Shown piece by piece: positions 12,671 to 24,700 of a DNA stretch of 64,000 bases; positions within the stretch are counted from its first letter, which is position 1; each line of letters begins with the position of its first letter. The DNA is taken from assembly GCA_046563655.1 (NCBI GenBank), contig CM102284.1, positions 8,494,001-8,558,000 on the forward strand, given 5' to 3'. Below the pieces are notes generated by a model that had not been told where the DNA came from, ran no database searches, and saw nothing but the letters and a program-made list of their open reading frames with translations. The stretch is from Yuukianura sp. NJ FZ-2021 (Eukaryota). Both the position numbers and the translations under genes were made by a program.

Positions 12671-15600
12671 AGCACCAGCTTACGGACTAAGCCTTCTTTG
12701 CCTTAATGATCTCAAAGTGACTCGCACTTTTCAAAATTATCATTTCACTTTCTCCCATAATTTCAAAATTCCAGTGAAGATGAGCTTCTCCAAAATATTA
12801 AATGTCAAATTTTGATAACTTTCTTTTCTTTTTCTAACTTTAGAATTCAATTTTTGATGCTGGAAAGTGCATGTTATTTTGATGTTTTTGAAAAGAGTGA
12901 CTGTTGTTGTAAAGGTGTTGGTGAGACAATGGTTGGCGTAGACAAAAGAATTCTTTGTGCCCATGCACATAATGACGGAGGAAACAATGCACTTCCTGAC
13001 CTGCGTAACAACTGGATTCAATGACCAAAGTACAAAAGAAATGCACCAATTGTTGTCTCTATCCATAACTAAATTCACTTTTACCCTTCACCCGTAACCT
13101 ACTCAATATTTTGACATTTGTGGCCACCACTTTATGGGTACGCAGGATTTGCTTCGCTCGTGACTTTCACCCAAGGTTCACATAACAACGAAATAGTTTT
13201 CCTTTAACAGGTTTGGCAATAAGTCCTCTTTACAAAAAATCCCGCCCCGCACAATTTTTTTCACCAATCCCATTTGAGAAAGAAGGCACAGTGACGCAAG
13301 TTTTTCTAATTTTTTAACAAAATTTAAAAAGTTCTTCACCTAACCTGTTGAAGAAAAAAGTATTTTCTTGTTAACGAACCTTGCTTTCACCAGTCCCCTC
13401 CACTTTCACTCTTCATGTGGACATGCGGAAGGTCAACAAGGTTGACCTTTGTGATTCTTTTGAAACTGCTTTGTGTGGAGCAGACAATGGTGAAGGTGCT
13501 TCCCAAAGTTATTCAAATCCCACTTCAATTGAAACCTTGCTCAATTGACACATTGTGCTCCTGGTCCATTGTCTTCGTCTTTGACCTGACGTCATTCGTC
13601 AACAAACATAACCTACCTCAACTCCTTTCAAACACAAATGAAATGCTGAGATGTAAAACTAACTCAATTAGTTATATTATTTTATTGTTTTACTTATTTT
13701 ATTATTTAACTTATTTTATTTGGCCCACCTGAGCAGTTGTGTAAAACACTACGCTCTGTGAGGTAAGAATTTACGATTCTGCAAATAAAGTTGAAGGAGA
13801 ATCTGTGAGGTGTTTTATTTTTATGAGAATTAGTAAGTGCCATTAGAAGTGTAAAAGCAGAAGCTCAATACTAAAACTAAACTAAGCCCAGTGACAACCA
13901 TAAAGAACAAGGCTAAGGGCCCCCGGGTACTTCACTAGCCCTTCAAGGGCCTCTAATTTCCAACTTTATTAGACACTTCATCCTCACCAGAAACATGAAG
14001 CTACAATGTAGCAATTTACAAAGTTTACAACCAGAAGTCACAAATTTCCTGCTTTCACTAAAACTACATTTTGGAAGAATTTAAAAGAAAGTACAAATTT
14101 AAATTCAACATTTCATAAAACTTCATTTTTTTCTTGAAAATGATAAAATTTTATAGTGCAAGTGGTGGAAGTGTGGGGCTGTTGAGAGTTATGGTGTTTA
14201 AAAAAGTTGTTTTGAACAGCTTAATTTGGACAAGATGGAGATGGTAGGTTTTATGGGAGTTTCCTTTGAGGACTCTTCAATTGTTATGCATTTTTTATTT
14301 GTCCATTTGGAATTCAGAGGAGAGAGAGAAGGGATTTATGTGTTTGTGAGTTCCCACGGTGGGGCTGGTGGGGCGGAGTGCCCCACCAGAGTTGGTGTGT
14401 CTCATTAGTTGTTTAATTGGGATTGCGTGCTGCTTCCTGTTTCCTGAGAGTCAAATGGTCCATCATCTCCACATCTTCAGATGAAGTTCCGGTGACCACA
14501 CCTAACCCACTTCCTTTTCTAACTTCCGCTTTGCATTCAAAAATACGCCCAAATCACAGCCTAATCTCAACTAAAATCTAAACACTTAAACTAAAACGCA
14601 ACGCAAATAATGACCTAGGAACCAAAATTTAAGTATCATCAAAAACCTCCAAAATATTGAGCAACTTTCAACAACTTTTTTAACTTTCACCATTTAAAAA
14701 CTCTCCAGATCCAAAAATTTCAAACTTACTTTGAAATTTTACTTAGAATTTCTCCATTCAGGTTGAAAATTGAATGAAATAGAGTTGGGAGTGGTAATTT
14801 TTTTTTTATTTTTTGATGAGCGTGACTTTTATTTGTGATTTTGCGAGATCCGCTTTTTAGAGATTTGTTGCAGCCTCCCTTGGACTTTTTACTTTATTAA
14901 AAAGTATGTTTGGGGACTTTGAGTGTACGATTGAACATTAGAAAACGCCTGGTTTTGGTCCGTTTGAGGTCAAAGGTGAGGGGGCCCTTAGGTGAGGGGG
15001 GCCTTAGCGTGTGTAATTCCTAACTGCCTCATGTGACAGTCACTCTCCAAATCAAAGGGAACTGCACCTGGACTTTACGTTTCGCAACGGAATGAAAGAG
15101 ACGGAGTATTTGGGGGCCCTTTGTTAAGGGCCCCCTCACAAATTCTCATAGACTGTCGTACCCTTCTACACCCTAATGGCAGTCCCTTCCCCTCCCTTAA
15201 TCATGACTGATGTAGGGCCTTCAGAAGCATTTCTCGGTTTCGGACAAAGGAGGGCCCTTCGGAACAGGATCCGCAACGTCTACCATTCCCACTCTTTTGT
15301 TAGGCTTTCGTGGTGACCTTTTATGAAGGGTCCCAGGAGGGGTGCTGCAGGGTCCCTTGGCATGTTAATCCCAAGTCCAACAGAACAACAAAGACGAAGG
15401 GCCCTCACCTGGGACTATGAATGGAGGAAATACCTGAGGGCCCTTAAGGCTCTCTCTGCTTCTCTGCACTTTCTCAATAGAGAATTCTTAAAAGTGTCCG
15501 ATGCTACTTCGTTACTCTTAGTTTCTTCATCCCCAGCCTCCTGTTTCCAAACTACCAAGAATAATATCCTCAAGGCTTCTTCGGTTTCTCAAGGGTCCCC

Positions 15601-17429
15601 CCTCCAAGGGCCCCCTTCTGAACCCATTCACAACACATTCTTAGGAAATTCTTAAATACAATCTTAAAATTTCTTAAGATTCGGATATCGGATGATTTCT
15701 TGCAGAAATTGTGGGAAGAGAATTCGTCCATCATTTTTCTTGGATTATGAAATGGACGGAAGGACGGAGGACGGAACTGTCTTTAAAATGTGTAACACTA
15801 GTCATGTTACCATGTTGCCATCGTGTTGCCATGTTGCCATCGATCAAGGCCTGTTCAGAGGGTGACGGTGGGACAGTCACAGTGAATTGACATGGATCAC
15901 AATCACCCTGTGGTTTACTTTCGTCACGGGAACAAAACCACCATTTCATACTGCAAAACCCCGCTGCTTCAAATCCATCAAAACACAAATTACTTCCAAT
16001 TATACTCCCACTAAACTCGAAACACCAAATTTTTCAAAATTTTGAAATCTTCCGAGCGAAAAACGGCAAAATTTCAGATTTTGCACTTAGATTCCCGATC
16101 AGAGTTAACGTCGCTTCAAAATTTTCTTAGGGAATTAAAGGTTCAAAATTAACTTTCACCTTACAGTTTTTGGGTTCATTCTAAAAATGTGCAGTAAAAT
16201 TTTACATTGCTTGTTAAATTTTTTGTTTGAATTCACAAGAGAAAGAAGCTATACGTGTACTATTTGTTGAATTGAAATCCAAAAGGTTGTTCTTTATGTC
16301 TTTTCACGGTTGGGATTTCACGCTTCACCCTCAGCAGCCTCGGTTTGTCTCTTTTCAAAATTTGGACAAATAAATCAAAATTTAATCATCCCTCTGTTTT
16401 TTGAAATGGAAATTTGGAAACAAGGTGTGTTTCGAAACAAGTGGACACATTCATCCTCATTCCCAATTACTCACATTCCGGTTTCAACCATTCACAAATC
16501 CAAAAAGAGAAAATTCAAAAAAATTTGTACTAATTGGACGCCACTTGAAAATTTCTCACTCTCACTCAAATGGAGAAAGTTGGAAAATTTCACTCCGGAA
16601 TTTGGAAATTGCGAATTCTGATTTGGCAGTGAGGAAAGTGCGAATATTTGGCACATTTGGAAGTGTTGATGCGTTGTGTTAAGTAATTGTGTGGAGTAGG
16701 AGGTTATAGTGAATGAGAACAATGGATTGACACAATGGAGTGACTCATAATGGAAATCTCCTTCCACAGATCCATTCTTCCTTGGATGAATAAAAGTTGT
16801 TGACATTGTGAAGAGTTGTACACAACATATACTTGGATTTAGCATCACCAGGAGCCCTTAAGGACCTCCAATTCCAATCCACTAATTCACAATAAGGGCC
16901 CTTTCACTTCCCAATTCAACACACTCTAAGCAGTGCACTTTTCAAAGTCAATTCAAAAAGTACAAAGGTTATTCAAAAGAGAAGATCAACGTAGTCTCAC
17001 AAGTGGATTCAAAAACATGTTCAAAAAGTTCAAAATATTCAAAAAGAAATTCAAAATTATTTGTTTCAGTTCCGAATTTTGGCCTTTTTAGAACTTGCAA
17101 ATATTTCAGAAGTTACCTAATTTTTTTTAATTTTCAGTTGGCGTTGAAACAAAGTTTTGGGTATTTGGAGATAAATGTTGAAGTTATCTCAAGATATCGA
17201 AGGAAAAGGGTTATCTAAGAGTAGTTTTGAGATAGTTTTCATAAGTTTGTGTCCATTTTGTAGAAATTAGTTTTTAGTTTAGTTTTTTTCCCTTATAGTG
17301 GTAGCTGGTAATAAATGTAGTGTATTTGCCAATTGAGTTCAATTGGGAGAAAGGGAAGGTCTTTAGGGAAGTGTGTAATTTGCCAGGTTCTCTCTAGCTC
17401 TTTCTCTGTTAGTCTGGTGGTTAGGTGGA

Positions 17430-17660
17430 CATGGTGGGTTCGGTGGGGCGGAGGGACGATTCCCCGCCCCACCTTCTTTTTCTGACGTCAGAGCAAGAGA
17501 CTAGCTGTGTTTGGGAGGGAGTAGGGAGGGAAAGGCGGAGAGAGGAGAAGAAAGGGCGTGGTGGGGCTTCGGCGGAGCCACAGACGGGGCTTTTTTGTTT
17601 GGGGCTAGAGCTGGCTTTGGGTTGGGGTTGAGGTGGCTCAAAAGAAAAATGATATAGGGA
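17430..17660 (+). promoter_or_regulatory. Probable SoxN proximal promoter
   Basis: G-rich island ~470-700 bp upstream of the ATG, with GC boxes (GGGGCGG, CCCCGCCC, GGGCGTGG) and a CRE palindrome TGACGTCA at 17483. Confidence 0.45.
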
Positions 17661-17999
17661 ATGAAAAGACTCAAAAGCCCTTTCAAACCAATTGTTCAAC
17701 TCACAGCACAAAGGCTACACGCTCTTCACAATTCCAACAATATTCAACATCTCCACAATATTCAAGACAACAGATTAGGATTTACAAGGTCCACAACTGA
17801 CCTCAAGCAGGGGTCAACGCAAAAGTTCAACCACTTTCTCCACGGCTCACTTTTAAGTCTCACTCCACCACAAAACACAATTTCACCAAAGTTTTGAAAA
17901 AACACAATTTCACAAAAGTTTTGTTTCACTTCAACTTTGAGTTCCGAGTGACTTTTATTTGGATCTTGGAATGAAAAGCGGACTGTCCAGTTTAAAATT

Positions 18000-18121
18000 C
18001 AGTTGAAATCCATCAGTTGAAAGTTGAAATTAGTTGAAATTCATCAGTTGACAGTTGAAATCAGTTGAAATTTATCAGTTGACAGTTGAAATCAGTTGAA
18101 ATTCGTCAGTTGACAGTTGAA
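18000..18121. repeat. CAGTTG-rich tandem repeat immediately 5' of the SoxN start codon
   Basis: About 10 CAGTTG hexamers arranged in a ~30-bp unit (AAATTCATCAGTTGACAGTTGAAATCAGTTG). Confidence 0.85.
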
Positions 18122-18131
18122 TTTGAGTGGA

Positions 18132-21100
18132 ATGTCGTTCTGGGGTCGTGAGTTGTCCCTTGACCCCTCCGGTTCCCCCCTCACGCACCACCCCCACTCT
18201 GGAATGACTTTGATAGAGGACATGAAGCCTTCAGGGCTCCACTCCCACCCCTCCTACAACCTTGACCTCAGGTCACCCTCTACTCACTCTTTGTCCCCCG
18301 GGGGGCAGATGATGCATGGACAGCAGCAGGGAATGTCCAGTGCTCACTCCCACCATGCACACAACGGTGGGGCCCATGGTGGGTCTGGTGGGGCCAAGAA
18401 CTCTGCGAGTGCTGCTGCCAACCTGGACCGGGTCAAGCGCCCAATGAATGCCTTCATGGTGTGGTCCAGAGGTCAACGGCGGAAGATGGCCCAGGAGAAT
18501 CCCAAGATGCACAATTCGGAGATCAGCAAGCGACTGGGGGCGGAGTGGAAACTGCTAAGTGAGACGGAGAAAAGACCGTTTATTGATGAAGCGAAGAGAC
18601 TCAGGTATGACATGTATGTACACCCTAAGCATATCACAATCCTAACAGTTAAGGTCACCTCTCACCTCTTCAACTTCTGCTTTCACCTTTGCATCTTTTA
18701 CTCACTTTCTCAAAATTTTACACTTTTCTAGTCAAAGGTTTCGTCTAGAAATCAGCTAACATCAGGTAGAATGCTGTTTTTAACCGATTTCGTGCTGATT
18801 CTGCCGATTTTCTGCTGATTTTCTGAAGATTTTGCAGATTTTCTGCAGATTATGCTGATTTTCTGAGGAATCTGCTGATTCTGCTGATTTTCTGAGGAAT
18901 CTGCTGATTTTCTGAGGAATCTGCTGATTTTCTGGAGATTCTGCCGATTTTCTGTTGTTTCTGCTGATTTCCGGGATTTAGTGTGTCTAAAAGTAGATTT
19001 TGTGTAGATTTGACATTGATTGTGCGGATAAGAGGGTCACAGAAGCAGGTTGTGACCCTGGCCAAGGTTAAATGTTAATTGATTGATAAGTAAACCTTCA
19101 TGAATTATGGAATTGACATGGAGCTAAGTGGGCTAATTAACACCTCGCATCCACACTCTCAGTTTTAGCAAACATCCACTCCTCCCTTGCATCTTGGTCA
19201 CAATTTGAAACCTTGGAATATTCAATTTCAACTTGTTCAAACACTGTTCAAACAGAAATTGAGTTTTAAGAGGAGTTGAAACAGAGTGGAAGTGTATCAC
19301 TTCTGTCCCAAAATAAGTCCGAGTACCTGGGAATTATAAAATTAAGAGGAACCTTGGACGAAGGTGTTTTGAAGGGACGTTGAAGGGCCCTTGGGGTCAG
19401 GCGGTGGGGTCAAAGGGTCACTCCAACTTATTTTCAACTTCAATTTTACTGTTTGAACAGCCGAGGGTCCAAGGGCCCTTCAAAGCCTAAATAATATTTT
19501 CGTCTTGGCTGAAGGACTGCCAAAGGGCCCTTCTGCACAGGAATATTTTAATTCTCTGCCTCAGCCGCCGTCAAAATTCTAAAAAAAACTTGTTTCGGCT
19601 CAACATTTTCAGAAAAAAAGTAGGAAATGGAGCTACATTTTGGAAATGTTGTAAAAGTTGAATTTGGGAAATGTTGTGAAAGTTGAAAATTTTGTCTAGT
19701 AGTCTGAGAAGGTTAAATTGAGAGGGGGATTAGGAGATTGAATTAATCAAGGGCCCCCTCCCCTCCGAGGGAACTTGTAAATGTGCTTGGCAGTTGGCCA
19801 GATACTCGCCACCCTTCCAGTACTTTGGACCATGTCGAACAAGGTCTAATAAATGTCAACTCTAATTTCATTAACTCCAATCCATTTAGTCTACTCTACA
19901 ACTCCTAACTCCATTTCAAATTAAAACACACTCAATTAAATACACTTTACTAAATACACACTCTATGAAGTACACACTTTGTTAAAAACACTCAAACAAC
20001 GATACATCAGACACAAATTCAGTCAACAGTCTTCAAAATTTCAGTTTTGAAATTTTGAGCTTTTGCATTTTCAGCTACAGCGGAATTTTCGGCATTGATT
20101 TAACCATTTCGTTGGGAAAGTTTTGAAGGTTGTGTCATTTCCAGCTTTCTTTTGAAAGTTTCTTCTTTTGAAAATGAGAATTTGAAAAATTTTGGAAATG
20201 AAGCTAAAAAATGTGTGTTTTTGTGAGTTTGGAGCTTTTAGAAGGACAAAATTGGAGTTGACCTTTGACCTTTGTTAACTTAGACGTGGATTTGTTGTGT
20301 TTCAGGGCTGTGCACATGAAGGAGCATCCAGACTACAAGTATCGCCCAAGAAGGAAGACAAAGACCCTGCTCAAGAAGGACAAGTACCCTCTGAGCGGGC
20401 CAGGGGGCGGGCATGGGGGCGGGGGTGGCAGGGCGGGCAGCAGCAGCAGTGGAGATGGGATCATGAGTGGGCCAGGCTCAAGTGGGTCCAATGGTCACCA
20501 TGGCAGTGGGTCCATGTCCAATGGCCCACATGCCCCACCGGACCACTCCAGAAATGGACCACCCAATCATCACTCTCTGCCCAATCATCCACCCACGCAT
20601 GCGCATCACAACCTCAACCCAAGAGATCTCTACTCTCACCAGGCAATCAATGGATACATGCCCAATGGATACGCTCTCATGGGAGACCCGGCATACGGAG
20701 GTAAGTGACCTTTGACCTCAAACTTACATAAATTACATCAAATGATGTAATGATGTAATTGATGTAATGATGTAATTTTTCCAGGTTACATGAATCCTAA
20801 CATGTACGGTCGATACGACATGAGTCCAGCTACAGCGTCCTCAATGTCCACTTCCCCATATCTCAATGGCTCACCATACGCTATGTACGCCTCCTCCACG
20901 ACTCCGGTGGGATCGTCTTCTGGCGGTGGGACTTCGGGTGGCCCCACGAACAACGCCCCCTCTCCATACATGCAATCAATGGGCTCCGTGTCCAGTGTGG
21001 GTTCTAGTGTGTCACCTTCACCTAAAGAAGCCATGTCACCCTCTGCCAACAACAACAACAACACATCTCTACCCAATCACAACACGAATTCAATGCACTC

Positions 21101-21410
21101 ACCACAAGGCTCAACATCTTCGTCCCACCTCATGAGTCCACCGCCCCACCTCATGGCAGCAGCAGCAGCAGCAGCCAAGTACGCTCACCCGCCCCACCAT
21201 GCTGCCCCACCACCAAGTGCCGGAGATCTGCGCAACATGATCACCATGTACTTGCCCTCCCACCATCACCCCATCGACTCCCACCATCCCATCCACCACC
21301 ACAATCATGCAGCCCCACCGCCCCACCACCCTTACACAGTGAAGACAGAATATGGAGCTCCCTCCCCTTCAGACATGGTAGGAAACCCACTTATTCCGAC
21401 CAATTTGTAA
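18132..21410 (+). CDS. SoxN: SoxB1 / SoxNeuro-like HMG-box transcription factor (~497 aa). Exons 18132-18604, 20306-20700, 20785-21410; possible alternative last exon 21523-21630.
   Basis: HMG box [99 protein letters not shown] is SoxN/B1-type. The C-terminal [11 protein letters not shown] matches the SoxB1 DLRDMISMYLP motif. GT-AG introns are in phase. Confidence 0.93.
18793..18970. repeat. Intronic tandem repeat (CTGCTGATTTTCTGAGGAAT and subunits)
   Basis: Repeated CTGCTGATT(TT) units in SoxN intron 1. Confidence 0.85.
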
Positions 21411-21623
21411 TTCAGTCCCACTAACAACTCTCTTGGTCCCACCAAAGTCCCACGGTGGGGCAATTGTTCATATCAGCCCCACCACACATTATGATTACTG
21501 TCTCATTGTGTCTCTCCCTTAGTCAATCAAGAAGGAATACTTCTACGCCTGGTCAAACTCTAGAAATGACCGATCACCTCCAGCCACTCACCACTACGCC
21601 CCACCACCCACTGATGATGAGGA

Positions 21624-21747
21624 AGACTAGGGGTCAAAGGTCAGTGACCTCCAGCAGACTTGGGGTCAAAGGTCAGTGACCTCCAGAAGACTAGGGGTCA
21701 AAGGTCATCGACCTCCAGAAGACTAGAGGTCAAAGGTCATTGACCTC
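21624..21747. repeat. 32-bp tandem repeat x4 built of nuclear-receptor half-sites
   Basis: Unit AGACTAGGGGTCAAAGGTCAGTGACCTCCAG(C/A), starting at 21624, 21656, 21688 and 21720. Confidence 0.9.
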
Positions 21748-24700
21748 AGGCCGACGCCCACTCTGTGATCAGAAAATGGAGAAACTGAAGGTGTCAATCA
21801 TAAATTTACTTGCCCGGTGGCTCCCTCTGCCCTCTTCTCACAATTATTTAACATTTAATGTACAAAGTGAGTGTTGACCTTTGACCTCTGCTGAGGTCAA
21901 GTGCCGAAATCAGTATTACTTGGATCCAGTGACTGGACATGTAATGTGTGGAGGTCACTTTTTGAAAAGTTTATTGTACAGGTTCTGGATTTCCATGTGT
22001 ATACGACTACTTTAGTTACACTACATGACACGAGTCGTTCATTTCTAAGGAGAATGTATAGTGTTGTCTCTCTAATTAATTAATTATCAATTAATCACAA
22101 ATTAACACCCAATCCCCCTTCAAATCCTCTTTTTAATAATCAATTAATTAAATCTTAATTAAAGTTAAATTAATAAATTAGCCCCATCAGGCAACTCACT
22201 TCAAAACAAAGTTCGCTTCCGCGCCAGTCTCCAACAAATCACAAACTTTTTTTTTGAAAATTGCAAAATTTAAATGCCACCAACTTTTAAGGATGCAGCA
22301 GCAACAGGAGTTTCAAAAGCTGAAAAAGTTCGGAAAATAATGTTTGCCAGGTTTGAGATTGAGTAAAAACAGAATTGAATTTTGAATTTTGTGATTGAAT
22401 TTTAAAATTTGGAAAAAAAAGTATAAAGTATTTGAGAGCGTGGGAATTGACGATTGAATTCTCAGGTGTGAAGATGGGGTTTGAGATAATGTCCTCCCAA
22501 CAGATCAATTGACAGCCCTAGCATCCAAACCAACAGTTTCTTATGTTGAGGTCAGTCGAGGTCAAGTTGAAGGGAGGTCACTTATATCAAATGATGTGGA
22601 AGTGGCAGAGTGACCTCGTCATGTCATGGTCCATTGTCCCCTCCTTCTGTCACACAACGACGCTACTTCATGACAAAGGCACTTTCTGTGGAGAATGATG
22701 AAATGCGTGACACTTTTATTCCCAACACACCTGGACCCTTAAGGGCCCTTTCGCAATGAGCCCTTCAACAGCAGTCCCTTCACGACCCTGCGGTGACCTC
22801 TGCACTCCTACGACAGCCATTACTGCAAGGAAACGACAAAAACAGCAAAATAAAAGCAAAAAAAAGAAAGAGCAAAAACTAAATTTTTGGGAGCCTAAAC
22901 TTTAACTTTCTCATTTTTTGCCGAATTTTCACTCCCAGAATTAGAAAACTTTAAAGTTAAAAAAAATGTCTGCTAGGACGTCGGGATTATTTCGAACGGT
23001 GACATGTTTCTGAAAACATTGCAAAAAAAGTTGTGCAATTTTTTTTTCAATTGGGAAATGCAGAATTTCGTGGGCCACTGACTGCTCTGAATTGTGCCCC
23101 GGAGTGATGGAACTGTAAGTTTAATTGTGATTTGTGCAACTTCCGTCGTCTAATCGCCAATTCCACGCTCTCTGCTCTCTCTAACAACTTCTACTCATCA
23201 CTTTTAATTCAATTCACAATCATCCCATGTCCAATAACATAACAAAAATAATAATAAAGTAACAGTAAGACCAGTGGCAAAGCACAAGTCATCCTCACAT
23301 CAATTTACAAACTCCTTAAGCATCTCCTCAAATTCAGAACACACTTTCCACTGCGTGTTCGGGACTTTGCACATTCTAATTTTCGGCAACTTCTCCCTTC
23401 ATCTTCTCAAAATCAAAGATTCAATTATGCTTCACTCTCCAACTTAAACTAAAACACGAGCGGAACGAAAACCAAAAGTTGCGAAACTCAGAGAGGGAAA
23501 AAAGTTGGATTTTTTTGGTTTTGCAAATTCCACAACAGAATTTTTGTTTGAGAGGAGAACTGGAACCGTTTCGCTTGATTGGTTTCGGAATTGATTGACG
23601 TCGTGAAGTTTCTCACCTGAGCACATCCAATCATCTCAACTTTAAAAAAAAGTTTTACTTTTTAGTTTTTACACCCTCACGGATTTACTTTGGACACTGT
23701 GCGTGTCCTTCTAACGAATCAATTTGAAGTTTTTTGGTAAGATGCATAATAGATGAAAATCCTAATTCCAAAGTTTCGGTTTTTGCGTTTGATTAGAGGG
23801 TACGCAGATCCAAATTGGATTAAAATCACAATCCAACCACACGACATGCCACTCTCGTGCTGCAGGAAAAGTTTGACCAATTGAAGTAACTCAAACATTC
23901 AAATGTAACACTTTTAAAACTACTTTTAAAACTTACTTGTTGCTTTTACTTCAAAAAACTAACATCCAACAATCCAAATTAATTCAATTACACTCACAAG
24001 TTGACACGCCAAAAAGTTGTGCTTCGACGCCACTCTGCTGTAAAACTTTTAAAAGAAAGTTTACTTTCACTTTACTTTTTTTTTCTACTTTACTTTCTCT
24101 CTTCACTAAAACTTTCACCAAAACTAAAGTTTTAAGTTAAAACTTTCAACCAAGGTGAAATGGTAAGTTTTAACCTGAAAATACTTTAACATTCAACTCT
24201 GAATTGTGTAAAAATGAATGTTAAATGTTGATTTAGTGCAATATTTCATGGGTTTTCATTGAGAATGTTGCATGTTGGGCAGAGTTGCTTCTGAAGTTGC
24301 TTCTGAGGAAGTTGTAGTTGGTTGAGGTAATAAGTCACTTTTTCCAATAATGAAGCTTCTGTTTCATGATGTTTTTGATTTGTGGATGTACTTGGAAGTA
24401 TTTTGTGTACTTGGCAGTATTCTGTGCTAAGGAGAAACCGGTTGAGATTCCAATTAGAGAGATGGTGAAGTGGGTGGGTTGAAATGCAACACTAGTTGCG
24501 AGATACAAAGTACATAGTATAGAATACATATTGGTTTTACAGGAGAAAGTGATAACAATCATCTTCAAAACTATTGATTTACTCTCCAAGTTCCGCCCAA
24601 TTCAACCACACATTCCCACAAAACTAAACGAACTCTTAACCCCAACTGCAATCCACACTCACTTTTCAAAATTACAATTTCAAAAAATTTTTTTAAAAGA

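Noticed and set aside
245-17400. Short ORFs in the upstream desert (e.g. 1032..1382, 3069..3386, 8117..8488, 15323..15655)
   Set aside because: No recognisable domains or consistent splice structure. Several arise from repeats or TTG/GTG starts.
21624-21747. 32-bp repeats as a CRISPR array
   Set aside because: Head-to-tail copies with no spacers, a eukaryotic context and no cas genes.
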